A stretch of DNA of 64,000 nt from the NCBI GenBank assembly GCA_964503885.1, contig CAZDCD010000013.1:50696-114695 (forward strand). The letters run 5' to 3'. This DNA comes from an uncultured Bacteroidales bacterium. Lineage in GTDB: Bacteria > Bacteroidota > Bacteroidia > Bacteroidales > UBA10428. Positions within the stretch are counted from its first letter, which is position 1. Every line of letters begins with the position of its first letter. The position numbers and the translations under genes are program-made. This document shows, piece by piece, positions 10,369 through 19,461 of the stretch. The notes under the pieces are model-generated. The model was not told the DNA's origin, made no database searches, and saw only the letters and a list, made by a program, of their open reading frames with translations.

Positions 10369-12009
10369 ATGCAGATCAGGGTGATTATATCATGCTTTGT
10401 ACTTCTATGCTTCAGCGGTGCTTATGCGCAATATGTTCCCGGGAAATACAGAGTAGATTTTACCGATAAATTCAATAACGGGTATTCTCTGGAAAGCCCG
10501 TATGAATTTTTGTCAGAGCGGGCCATTCAGCGGAGGATCGCACAGGAAATCCCATTTGATCCGAATGATCTTCCCGTTTCACAGGTATATATCGATTCAC
10601 TGGAGCATGCCGGAATTCCGGTCCTCAACCGGTCAAAATGGTTCAACGCAGTAACCACAGGTGATATTACTGCCCAGCAGGCAGGATACATGGCAGGAGT
10701 ATCTTTCATAAAAGATATTTTATTCTTGAAACCGTCAGGAGTTAACAAGAAGAGTACCGGAACCATAGCTACTCAAAGCAGTTTTGCCCCGGAAATTTTC
10801 GATTACGGCTATGCATTCAGGCAGATCGATATCAATAACGGGCAGGGTTTGCATTACCTGGGTTTTTCCGGAAGCGGCATGCTCATTGCAGTGATTGACG
10901 CAGGTTTTGACGCTGCAGATACACTCGAAATATTTGATAAGATCCGGAACGAAGGCCGGTTGCTCGGTACCTGGGATTTTGTGAACGGAGGCACAAATGT
11001 CTTTCAATACCATCCGCATGGAACCAGTGTTTTATCGATTATCGGAGGTTTTCTTCCCGGCCTCTATGCAGGTACTGCTCCGGATGCCTCGTTTATCCTG
11101 CTAAGGTCGGAAGATGCATCTTCGGAATACCTGATCGAAGAGGACAACTGGGTATCGGCAGCCGAATTCGCCGATAGTGCCGGGGTCGACGTTATAAATA
11201 CATCCCTGGGATATACCGAATTTGATGATCCTGCACAGAACCATACTTATGCCGATATGGACGGCAATACCACGCGAATATCCATTGCTGCGGATATTGC
11301 TGCCTCGAAAGGAATGCTTGTGGTAAACAGTGCGGGAAACGAGGGCGGTACTTTCTGGAAATACATATCGGCACCGGCCGACGGGGACAGTGTTCTCTCA
11401 ATAGGTGCGGTGGATGGATTTGGAGCAATAACCTCTTTCAGTTCAAGAGGTCCCACTTCGGATGGCCGGTTGAAACCGAATGTATGCGGTATGGGGAGCG
11501 GTAATTTTGTGGTGAGGACCAACGGAACGATCTCAGCAGGAGCAGGAACTTCCTATTCTTCACCGGAGATTGCAGGACTTTCGGCCTGCCTGTGGCAGGC
11601 AAATCCCGAAGCTACTGCCATGGAGATCTTCAGAGCCATTCAGCAAAGCGCTGACCGTTATTATGATCCTGACACCATTTACGGATATGGTATCCCTGAT
11701 TTTCAAAAGGCGAACCTTATTTTGCGATACAATATCCGCAGTAAAGATATGCCTGTCACACGACTTGAAATCTTGCCTAATCCGTTTTCCGGTATCGTTT
11801 ATCTGGTGTTCGAATCGGATCATGAAGGTGAGGGCCGATTGTCTGTGTTCAATTCTCTCGGACAACAGGTAAAAAATGTCGGGATAAATGTGGTGCATGA
11901 CCTTAACCTGATACACATTGATCAACTTTCAGATCTTCCCAGGGGCCTTTATATCCTGCATCTGGAGATTGAGAACCAGCAGATGTATCAAAAGATCATA
12001 AAATTCTAA
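10369..12009 (+). CDS. S8 (subtilisin-family) serine peptidase with T9SS C-terminal sorting domain
   Basis: Catalytic triad contexts VIDAGFD (Asp), HGTSVLS (His), GTSYSSPEIAG (Ser). C-terminal LEILPNPFSG...GLYILHLEIENQQMYQKIIKF resembles a Por/T9SS tail. I use ATG 10369; the track ORF starts at TTG 10360, overlapping the upstream stop. Confidence 0.9.
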   Translation: MQIRVIISCFVLLCFSGAYAQYVPGKYRVDFTDKFNNGYSLESPYEFLSERAIQRRIAQEIPFDPNDLPVSQVYIDSLEHAGIPVLNRSKWFNAVTTGDITAQQAGYMAGVSFIKDILFLKPSGVNKKSTGTIATQSSFAPEIFDYGYAFRQIDINNGQGLHYLGFSGSGMLIAVIDAGFDAADTLEIFDKIRNEGRLLGTWDFVNGGTNVFQYHPHGTSVLSIIGGFLPGLYAGTAPDASFILLRSEDASSEYLIEEDNWVSAAEFADSAGVDVINTSLGYTEFDDPAQNHTYADMDGNTTRISIAADIAASKGMLVVNSAGNEGGTFWKYISAPADGDSVLSIGAVDGFGAITSFSSRGPTSDGRLKPNVCGMGSGNFVVRTNGTISAGAGTSYSSPEIAGLSACLWQANPEATAMEIFRAIQQSADRYYDPDTIYGYGIPDFQKANLILRYNIRSKDMPVTRLEILPNPFSGIVYLVFESDHEGEGRLSVFNSLGQQVKNVGINVVHDLNLIHIDQLSDLPRGLYILHLEIENQQMYQKIIKF

Positions 12010-12019
12010 TGCCTGCGCC

Positions 12020-13393
12020 ATGCATTCCAAACCATTAAGTTTAGCTGAACTGAACCGGAAGATAAAAAACGTGTTGAATACCGCGCTTGAAACCAGATAT
12101 TGGGTTGTAGGTGAGATCAGCGAGCTGAAAGAAAATTTTTCAAGCGGGCATTGCTATCTTGAACTCGTTGAAAAAGACGAAAAAAATGATGACTTGGTTG
12201 CCCGGTCCAGGGCAACAATCTGGGCGATGACTTATCGAATGATCAAACCATATTTTGAAACTACTACTGGTGCGCACCTTGCAGCAGGTATAAAAATTCT
12301 GGTGCGCGTATCTGTTGAATTTCATGAGGTGTATGGATTAAGCCTGAACATTTCAGACATCGAACCGTCATATACAGTGGGTGAGCTTGCACGGAAAAAA
12401 CTCGGGATCATAAACCGCCTTACGGAAGAGGGTGTTATTGATATGAATCGGGAGCTGGACTTTCCGGTGTTGCCAAAACGGGTAGCTGTAATATCTTCCA
12501 AAACTGCAGCTGGTTTCGGAGATTTTGAAGACCAGCTCCTGAACAATCCATTCGGTTATTCATTCCATATTACACTTTTTCAGGCATTTATGCAGGGTGA
12601 AAATGCCGTGAACTCGATGGTCGAAGCGCTGGACCGCATTCATTGTGCTGAGGAAAAATTTGATGTGGTTGTTATCATCAGGGGTGGAGGATCACAGGTA
12701 GACCTCGATTGTTTTAACAGTTACTGGCTGGCATTGCATGTGGCACAGTTTCCGGTCCCCGTGATCACAGGAATAGGACACGAACAGGATGATACGGTTA
12801 CCGACAGGGTTGCTCATCTGGGCCTTAAAACACCCACTGCAGTGGCCGAATTTTTAATTGACCGTTTTCAGGAAGCGGAAGAATACTATACTTCAATGGG
12901 CCGGGATATTGCACTTTTAGCTGGCAACAGGTTGCAAAATGAACATGAAACACTTCTGCGTTCAGGCATAATCCTTGGTAACAGAACAAAAAAGCTGCTC
13001 AGTGCAGGAAACAAAAAAATAGATGAAACTGTTTACAGGGGAAAGCTTTTGGCTCACCGGTTCCTGGAATTCAGCCAACAACAGGTGAAAGATATTGTAG
13101 TTGGAACAGAACAGCAGGTTAGGAACAGGTTGCGGGACGAATATCATACCAATACCCTTTATCTGCTGAATCTTGAGAAACATCTGAAGAATTGCATTAC
13201 AACATCTAAACACCGGCTGGATATTCTTGAAAAAAGAAAGACATACCTCGATCCTGCTGGTGTTTTCAGCCGGGGGTACTCAATAACCCTGAAAGAAGGT
13301 AAGGTGGTTAAAAGTGCTTTGGCCCTGCAATCCGATGACAATATAAAGACCTTTTTTCCGGATGGTTCGGTGAAAAGCCGGGTATTTGAATGA
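12020..13393 (+). CDS. xseA: Exodeoxyribonuclease VII large subunit
   Basis: 457 aa. N-terminal OB-fold region YWVVGEISELK...GHCYLELVEKD. RGGGSQVDLDCFN catalytic-core motif. Confidence 0.92.
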   Translation: MHSKPLSLAELNRKIKNVLNTALETRYWVVGEISELKENFSSGHCYLELVEKDEKNDDLVARSRATIWAMTYRMIKPYFETTTGAHLAAGIKILVRVSVEFHEVYGLSLNISDIEPSYTVGELARKKLGIINRLTEEGVIDMNRELDFPVLPKRVAVISSKTAAGFGDFEDQLLNNPFGYSFHITLFQAFMQGENAVNSMVEALDRIHCAEEKFDVVVIIRGGGSQVDLDCFNSYWLALHVAQFPVPVITGIGHEQDDTVTDRVAHLGLKTPTAVAEFLIDRFQEAEEYYTSMGRDIALLAGNRLQNEHETLLRSGIILGNRTKKLLSAGNKKIDETVYRGKLLAHRFLEFSQQQVKDIVVGTEQQVRNRLRDEYHTNTLYLLNLEKHLKNCITTSKHRLDILEKRKTYLDPAGVFSRGYSITLKEGKVVKSALALQSDDNIKTFFPDGSVKSRVFE

Positions 13394-13403
13394 TTCACAC
13401 ACC

Positions 13404-14093
13404 ATGGGCAGAACATTTGTAATGGGAGATATTCACGGAGCATTCAGGGCAATGAAGCAATGCCTTGAGATATCATTGTTTGACTATCAGACAGATACAT
13501 TGATATGTCTGGGTGATGTATGTGACGGATGGCCTGAAGTGAACAAATCGATTGGCGAATTATTGAAAATTAAAAACCTGGTGTACATACTGGGCAATCA
13601 CGATGAATGGGCGCTAAAATGGTTTACCGAAGGTGATGCGCCTGAAATATGGGTATCACAAGGTGGAAATGCCACTATGCGTTCCTATCGGGGCAGGGTC
13701 CCCGATTCTCATATTGAGCTGCTCAAGTCAGCTAAATTATACCATATTGTTGAAAATAAATTATTTGTGCATGGCGGTTTTGATACCTCCAGGGATATTG
13801 CCATCCAGGATAAAAAAGACCTGGTTTGGAACAGGAGTCTTGTATACAATGCTATAGAAGCGGAACAGGATGGTATCAGTAAGATCACGGATTATGACGA
13901 AGTCTATGTAGGGCATACGCCTACTCTGAATTTCGGATCTGCCGGGCCCCTTAAAAAATGTGAAGTATATATGATGGACACAGGTGCAGGGTGGAATGGG
14001 GGAGTCCTGTCAATGATGGACATTGAATCGAAGGTACTTTTCCGGAGTGGCAGGGTTGATTCTCTCTATCCGGGGGTAAGGGGGAGGGGCTGA
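13404..14093 (+). CDS. Metallophosphoesterase (Ser/Thr phosphatase / ApaH-like calcineurin fold)
   Basis: GDIHG, GDVCDG, GNHD and VHGG metal-binding motifs. I use ATG 13404; the track start is TTG 13386, overlapping the xseA stop. Confidence 0.85.
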   Translation: MGRTFVMGDIHGAFRAMKQCLEISLFDYQTDTLICLGDVCDGWPEVNKSIGELLKIKNLVYILGNHDEWALKWFTEGDAPEIWVSQGGNATMRSYRGRVPDSHIELLKSAKLYHIVENKLFVHGGFDTSRDIAIQDKKDLVWNRSLVYNAIEAEQDGISKITDYDEVYVGHTPTLNFGSAGPLKKCEVYMMDTGAGWNGGVLSMMDIESKVLFRSGRVDSLYPGVRGRG

Positions 14094-14395
14094 AATTATT
14101 CCTTTGGAAGGCCAGTGTTTGTTAGCATAGATATCCAATTCACAAATTCCAAATTCCAATAAATGCCCAAATACCAAATATCGATTTTCAATTGTCGCGT
14201 AGCTAAGCTTTTATTGAAAATTCGCAAACCTATTTACCATTATCTAGAATTTGAACATTGGTCATTTTTTGTACCAACCAATACATTTTTACCGGTTTTA
14301 ATGCTCATTTTTTACATCCTGCCGGTTTCATACAGTGGATAAATATTTCCTCAAAAACGGTATTCTCTGACCTTTATACGCATTCATAAGCTGCC

Positions 14396-14403
14396 TATAT
14401 TTG
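14396..14403 (+). promoter_or_regulatory. Candidate -7 box (TATATTTG) for the Hdr-like operon
   Basis: Exact TAnnTTTG match. It overlaps the track ORF start at 14401, which argues that the real start codon is ATG 14461. Confidence 0.45.
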
Positions 14404-14460
14404 GTGATTCCATCATCAGTTCCGGGAATCAACTCATTATCCCGAACAAAAAAGGCACAT

Positions 14461-15171
14461 ATGGGAAAACTTATCGATGCACTTCATCAGGACATACGGT
14501 TTCAGGAAGGTCTGAAATCGTGTATGAACTGCGGAGTTTGCACTGCCATATGTCCGGCTGCATCGGTATATTATTACGATCCCAGGCTCATTGTTAATAT
14601 AGTACAGTCCAACGACGAAGGCAAGATCGAAGAGCTGCTGAAAGATGAGCTGATATGGTACTGCGGACAATGTATGTCCTGTAAGACAAGGTGCCCTCGC
14701 GGAAATACCCCGGGGTTCATTATTATGGCATTACGCCAGTTGTCCCAGGAAACAGGCATGTTCACTGAATCCGAAAAAGGGCGGCAGCAGCTTGCCATAA
14801 AAAGGATTGTCGGCCACAATATCCTGAATACCGGGTATTGTGTTTTTCCGGATAGTGTAATCCCTGAAAAACATGCCGAACAGGGGCCGGTATGGGACTG
14901 GGTGCACAAAAATGCAAAAAGCATCATGCCAAAATTCGGGAGCAATTATAAGGGAAACGGAGCCGGGGCATTGCGTACGATCGCAGAAAAAGATCTTACC
15001 GAATTGAAGAATATCTTTGATGTTACAGGTGCATCCGATCGGTTTGAAAAGATCGAAAAATTCTCTGTGACAAGGGCATCAGAGATGGGCATGCAACTCG
15101 ATGATACCGATGATAACGAGTATATGAACCACATTTCGCAATACAACAGCAACAAGCACTTTAAAGAATAA
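14461..15171 (+). CDS. HdrC-like 4Fe-4S dicluster protein (heterodisulfide reductase subunit C family)
   Basis: Two ferredoxin-type cluster motifs, CMNCGVCTAICP and CGQCMSCKTRCP, with HdrC-like spacing. First gene of a tightly packed five-gene string. Confidence 0.8.
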   Translation: MGKLIDALHQDIRFQEGLKSCMNCGVCTAICPAASVYYYDPRLIVNIVQSNDEGKIEELLKDELIWYCGQCMSCKTRCPRGNTPGFIIMALRQLSQETGMFTESEKGRQQLAIKRIVGHNILNTGYCVFPDSVIPEKHAEQGPVWDWVHKNAKSIMPKFGSNYKGNGAGALRTIAEKDLTELKNIFDVTGASDRFEKIEKFSVTRASEMGMQLDDTDDNEYMNHISQYNSNKHFKE

Positions 15172-15187
15172 TAACCGGAAAATACTC

Positions 15188-16261
15188 ATGCTGCAGGATG
15201 GTAAAAAAAAGGTTTGGGCCGATTATCAGAAAGACATAGCTGATGACAGGTATTATTACGCCCGGAGTTGTATCCGTCAGAATTTTTTCCCCGGATCGGA
15301 AACGGCATTTCTAAAAATACTAACCGGTGAACTGGAAAAAGATATTTTTGATGATCCGCATCACACCACATGCACAGGGATAGGGTATCATGCGGATATT
15401 ATCCCATTTGAGACCATCATGACCGTTGTGGCCAGGCATTTTGCACTTGCAACAGAAGCAGGGTATGAGAATATTGCTATTTCGTGTGTTACCTCCTTTG
15501 GCTTATATACTGAAATCCTCGAAACCTGGAAGCATTATCCCGAAATTGAGGAGAAAATCAGGCTACATCTTAAAAAATCGACTGGAAGGGAATTTGAAAA
15601 GCCGAAAAATATTGCTCATGCCAGCGATATTCTGTACAAATTCAGGGAAGCAATTGCTGCCAGAGCCAGGTACCGGCTCATTAACAGGCAGACAGGAGAG
15701 CCCTTAAGGGTGGTGGAACATATTGGATGCCATTATTCAAAGATGTTTCCCTCAAAAGGAGTGGGTGGTGCTGAATTTCCTTATGTTTTGCAGGGTATGG
15801 TTGAAGCTTGGGGCGGAAAGATAGTGGATTACCCCGAACGGCGCCATTGTTGCGGATTCGGTTTCAGACAATATCTTGTGCAGGCAAACCGGGGATATTC
15901 CGTTGCAAATGCAAAGAAAAAGTTTGAATCCATGAAACCCTTCATGCCTGATATGATCGTATGTAACTGTCCCGGATGTACTATGTTTCTTGATAAATGG
16001 CAATATACTATCGGCGAGATGGAAGGGTGCACATACGACGACAAAGGCTGGGGAATACCGGTGCTGACATATGAAGAAATGGCAGGGCTTGTGCTCGGTT
16101 ATGATCCCTGGGAGCTCGGACTTCAGATCCACCAGGTACAGGCGGAACCTCTGCTCGATAAAATTGGAATAGCCTATGACCCTGAAAAAAAATATACGGA
16201 CAGGTATGGCAATCCGATTGGCATTCCGGAAATGCCTTCTGTATTAAAAGTCTGTTTATGA
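15188..16261 (+). CDS. HdrB-like CCG-domain protein (heterodisulfide reductase subunit B family)
   Basis: 357 aa. CCG-domain signatures HCCGFGFRQ and VCNCPGCTMF. Additional Cys-containing N-terminal half (CTGIGYH, ISCVTSFG). Confidence 0.8.
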   Translation: MLQDGKKKVWADYQKDIADDRYYYARSCIRQNFFPGSETAFLKILTGELEKDIFDDPHHTTCTGIGYHADIIPFETIMTVVARHFALATEAGYENIAISCVTSFGLYTEILETWKHYPEIEEKIRLHLKKSTGREFEKPKNIAHASDILYKFREAIAARARYRLINRQTGEPLRVVEHIGCHYSKMFPSKGVGGAEFPYVLQGMVEAWGGKIVDYPERRHCCGFGFRQYLVQANRGYSVANAKKKFESMKPFMPDMIVCNCPGCTMFLDKWQYTIGEMEGCTYDDKGWGIPVLTYEEMAGLVLGYDPWELGLQIHQVQAEPLLDKIGIAYDPEKKYTDRYGNPIGIPEMPSVLKVCL

Positions 16262-17283
16262 ATAAACGAATAGTAATAATCGGCGGTGGTATTGCCGGCA
16301 TGGAAGCGGCGGCCGTTTTAAGCCGGCTTGATATTGATGTGCTCATCATTGAACAGAAAGAACAGCTTGGAGGTCATGTAAACAACTGGGATCACCTGTT
16401 TCCTTCCATCAGGCCTGCTTCAGAGATCATCAGGTCACTGATGCATGTTTTGAAAAACAAACACATTAAAATATGCATCAATACCAACATAAAGGCATTA
16501 AGCAGGCAAAACGGCAAGTTTAAGGTGATGACCACTCTTAACCAGTCATTCAAAGCGGACGGAATATTGCTGGCCACCGGGTTTGACCTGTTTGATGCCA
16601 GAAAAAAAGAAGAATACGGGTATGGGATCTATGAAAATGTACTGACATCGGCAGATCTTGAGGCTAAATTTAAAAAAGGGAATGCAATCAAAACGGCATC
16701 GGGGAAAATTCCCCGACGCATTGCTATCATTCACTGTGTAGGATCAAGAGACGAAAAGTCTGGCAATTTTCATTGTTCAAAAGTCTGCTGTATTACAGCC
16801 GTGAAACAGGCGATTGAGATCAGGCAAAAATTACCCGATGCTGAAATTTTTTGCTTTTATATGGATCTCAGGATGTATGGAAAGGGTTTTGAAGAACTTT
16901 ACCGTGAATCGCAGGAAAAATGGGGCATTCAGTTTATCAGGGGACGGCTTTCAGAAGCCGCTGAAAATCATGACGGTTCATTGCAGATCAAATCTGAAGA
17001 TACACTTTCCGGACGTCCGCTCAAGATGAATGTCGACATGGTTGTATTGATGATAGGCATAGTCCCTTCCCCGAGTACCCGTCTTATGGGTGATATGCTG
17101 GGTATTCATTTCAGTTCCGACGGATTTATCAGGCACTATGATGAACATCTTGCCAACAACAATACCAATATCGAAGGTATTTTTACTGCCGGCACGGTGA
17201 CTTCCCCTATGAGTATTACTGATACCATAGCTGATGCGCGTTCGGCTGCATTAAAAGCATTCGAGTATGTCACCCAAAGCTGA
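16258..17283 (+). CDS. Short HdrA-like FAD-dependent oxidoreductase with one Fe-S site
   Basis: 341 aa. Dinucleotide fold VIIGGGIAGMEAA. HdrA signature HCVGSRDEKSGNFHCSKVCC. Lacks the ferredoxin and MvhD-interaction insertions of ~650-aa methanogen HdrA. ATGA overlap with hdrB-like. Confidence 0.8.
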   Translation: MNKRIVIIGGGIAGMEAAAVLSRLDIDVLIIEQKEQLGGHVNNWDHLFPSIRPASEIIRSLMHVLKNKHIKICINTNIKALSRQNGKFKVMTTLNQSFKADGILLATGFDLFDARKKEEYGYGIYENVLTSADLEAKFKKGNAIKTASGKIPRRIAIIHCVGSRDEKSGNFHCSKVCCITAVKQAIEIRQKLPDAEIFCFYMDLRMYGKGFEELYRESQEKWGIQFIRGRLSEAAENHDGSLQIKSEDTLSGRPLKMNVDMVVLMIGIVPSPSTRLMGDMLGIHFSSDGFIRHYDEHLANNNTNIEGIFTAGTVTSPMSITDTIADARSAALKAFEYVTQS

Positions 17284-17289
17284 TTATCC

Positions 17290-17622
17290 ATGAGAAATTT
17301 CGGATTCGAGATAGCAAACGACAGGCAGATCGATTATGATACACATAATCACCGGATCCTCAATTTCATACTTGAAAGCGAACCTTCTTTTATGGCATGC
17401 TTGTCGTGTGGCGGATGTACGGCCACGTGCAGTGCAGGTAATCTTATTGATTTCAATATCAGGAGGTTAAATCTGCTATTGCGGCTCGGTGAGATCGGTG
17501 ATCTTGAAAAAGAGATCAACAAATGCATGTTGTGCGGCAAATGCATATTGGTGTGTCCGAGAGGTATAAATACCCGGAATGTGATCCTGAAAATCAAAGA
17601 AGCTGTTGTAAAATTCACTTGA
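17290..17622 (+). CDS. Small 2x[4Fe-4S] ferredoxin-like protein (HdrC2-like)
   Basis: 110 aa. CLSCGGCTATCS and CMLCGKCILVCP. Confidence 0.75.
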   Translation: MRNFGFEIANDRQIDYDTHNHRILNFILESEPSFMACLSCGGCTATCSAGNLIDFNIRRLNLLLRLGEIGDLEKEINKCMLCGKCILVCPRGINTRNVILKIKEAVVKFT

Positions 17623-17623
17623 T

Positions 17624-19450
17624 ATGACCTACCATCCCTTCGTGCTGCCCTTTACTGCGGGACTCATCATCCTGCTGATGATCATGGTTGTCAGAGTATG
17701 GAATTGGATCGTCGTTCTGGAAGCGAAAGATAAAAAAAGGATCCGGCTAAACATTTTTTCGTTCAGGTCGGCAGAAGCTGTAAAAGAGGTATTCCTGGAA
17801 AGCCTGCTGCACCGGAAAATCTTCAGGGCCAACCCGGTACTCGGATATATGCATATGAGCCTGGCGTTTGGCTGGTTTTTGCTCATCATCCTGGGTAACC
17901 TGCAGGCTCAGTTTTACAGCGAGAATATGCTGCACCCTCCTTACTTCCCGATTTTTTTCAATTTCTTTGTGACCACCCCGGGCAATTATCCGTTCAGGCA
18001 TGTCATGGAATTTACCATGGATTTGTTGTTGCTGTTTATCCTCAGCGGATTGATGATAGCCATCATCAAAAGATTCTATGCAAGAATAGTAGGAATGAAG
18101 AAAACCACCCACCTGAAATTTTTTGACAGGCTGGCTTTGTCGTCGCTGTGGCTGATTTTTCCTTTGAGGCTTCTTGCAGAAAGTTTTACTTCGGGGGCAT
18201 TCCATAATGGGAATTTTCTTACCGGATCGCTGGGCAAAGCGTTTGCATCGTTTCTGCCTGTATCGGCTCTGGCAATGCCTGCATGGTGGGCTTATTCGCT
18301 TGCTCTGGGAGCTTTTTTTATTGCGTTACCCTTTTCCAGGTATATGCATATTCCCGCAGAGATGGTATTGATCTTTCTGCGGAATTATGGGGTCAAAACC
18401 CGCAGAGAATTCACTTCCTTTTCTGATGTGGAGGTGCATTCATGCTCTCGGTGCGGATTATGCATCGACACCTGTCAGATCATGAGCTCACTGGGAAAAA
18501 ATGAGATGCAGTCGGTTTATTTTATTCGTTCGATTCGTGAGAATACCCTCGATAACCAGAAATTGTTTACCTGCATGTTGTGTGGAAGATGTGAAAGTGT
18601 GTGTCCGGTAGGCATTCAGCTTTCTGATCTGCGGATTACACAACGAACAAAAAACGGCGTGAAGAATACATCCACCTATGATTTTTTGATTCCTCCTGAT
18701 TATAAGATTGCTGATGTGGTTTATTTTGCAGGTTGTATGACCCACCTGACGCCGGCCATAAAAAAATCAATGCTGAAGATATTCGACATCGCAGGCGTAA
18801 ATTATTATTTTATGGATTCTGATAAGGAAGCCTGCTGCGGACGCCCGCTGATTCAGGCCGGCCATTATGAGGTTGCCGGTAAGCTCATTGAATACAACAA
18901 ACAGCTGATCAGGCAATCGAAGGCAAAGGTGCTGGTCACTTCATGTCCGATATGTTACCGCACTTTCAGGGAGGACTATAAGCTTGATATCCATGTCATG
19001 CATCATACCGAATATATCCTGAAACTTATTGAGGTAGGAATCCTGCTGGTGAACAGGCAGGACATCAATGCTGTGTATCATGATCCGTGTGAACTTGGAC
19101 GTGGGCTTGGAATCTACGATCCGCCCAGGATACTTCTGAATAAGATCGCCAGGTTGAACCATCACGGGAATGAAAAGCAAAACTCGTTGTGCTGTGGGGG
19201 CAGTCTGGCTAGCTTTAATCTGACAACAGAACAACGCAATAAAATCAGGGATGATACATTGGACAAGCTGTTAAGCAGGAATCCCGACAAACTTATAACA
19301 GCCTGTCCGTTATGCAAGAAAACGTTTGGTAAAGGCACACAGGTAGTCGTTGAGGATATCGCGGAGATAGTGGCTTCGGCAGCATATGCACCTGTCAGGA
19401 AGTCAATTGTCAGGGATACAGTATATGAATCCGAGCTGGCTGTTCAATAA
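17624..19450 (+). CDS. Membrane-anchored (Fe-S)-binding protein: NarI/HdrE/DsrM-like polytopic N-domain fused to an HdrD/DsrK-like module (2 ferredoxin motifs plus 2 CCG domains)
   Basis: 608 aa. Residues ~1-250 are hydrophobic helices with conserved His (LLHRK, GYMHMSLAFGW, FSRYMHIP). Then CSRCGLCIDTCQ and CMLCGRCESVCP. Then CCG domains ACCGRP...SCPICY and LCCGGS...ACPLCK. Confidence 0.8.
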   Translation: MTYHPFVLPFTAGLIILLMIMVVRVWNWIVVLEAKDKKRIRLNIFSFRSAEAVKEVFLESLLHRKIFRANPVLGYMHMSLAFGWFLLIILGNLQAQFYSENMLHPPYFPIFFNFFVTTPGNYPFRHVMEFTMDLLLLFILSGLMIAIIKRFYARIVGMKKTTHLKFFDRLALSSLWLIFPLRLLAESFTSGAFHNGNFLTGSLGKAFASFLPVSALAMPAWWAYSLALGAFFIALPFSRYMHIPAEMVLIFLRNYGVKTRREFTSFSDVEVHSCSRCGLCIDTCQIMSSLGKNEMQSVYFIRSIRENTLDNQKLFTCMLCGRCESVCPVGIQLSDLRITQRTKNGVKNTSTYDFLIPPDYKIADVVYFAGCMTHLTPAIKKSMLKIFDIAGVNYYFMDSDKEACCGRPLIQAGHYEVAGKLIEYNKQLIRQSKAKVLVTSCPICYRTFREDYKLDIHVMHHTEYILKLIEVGILLVNRQDINAVYHDPCELGRGLGIYDPPRILLNKIARLNHHGNEKQNSLCCGGSLASFNLTTEQRNKIRDDTLDKLLSRNPDKLITACPLCKKTFGKGTQVVVEDIAEIVASAAYAPVRKSIVRDTVYESELAVQ

Positions 19451-19461
19451 ATCCCGGGCTT

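Noticed and set aside
14141-14186. Low-complexity run ATTCACAAATTCCAAATTCCAATAAATGCCCAAATACCAAATATCG (reiterated CCAAAT/TCCAAAT units) upstream of the Hdr-like operon.
   Set aside because: It is only a few imperfect units with no spacer-repeat periodicity, so it is not a CRISPR array or a clear tandem repeat. It may be a fragment of the dispersed repeat family, but the evidence is too thin.
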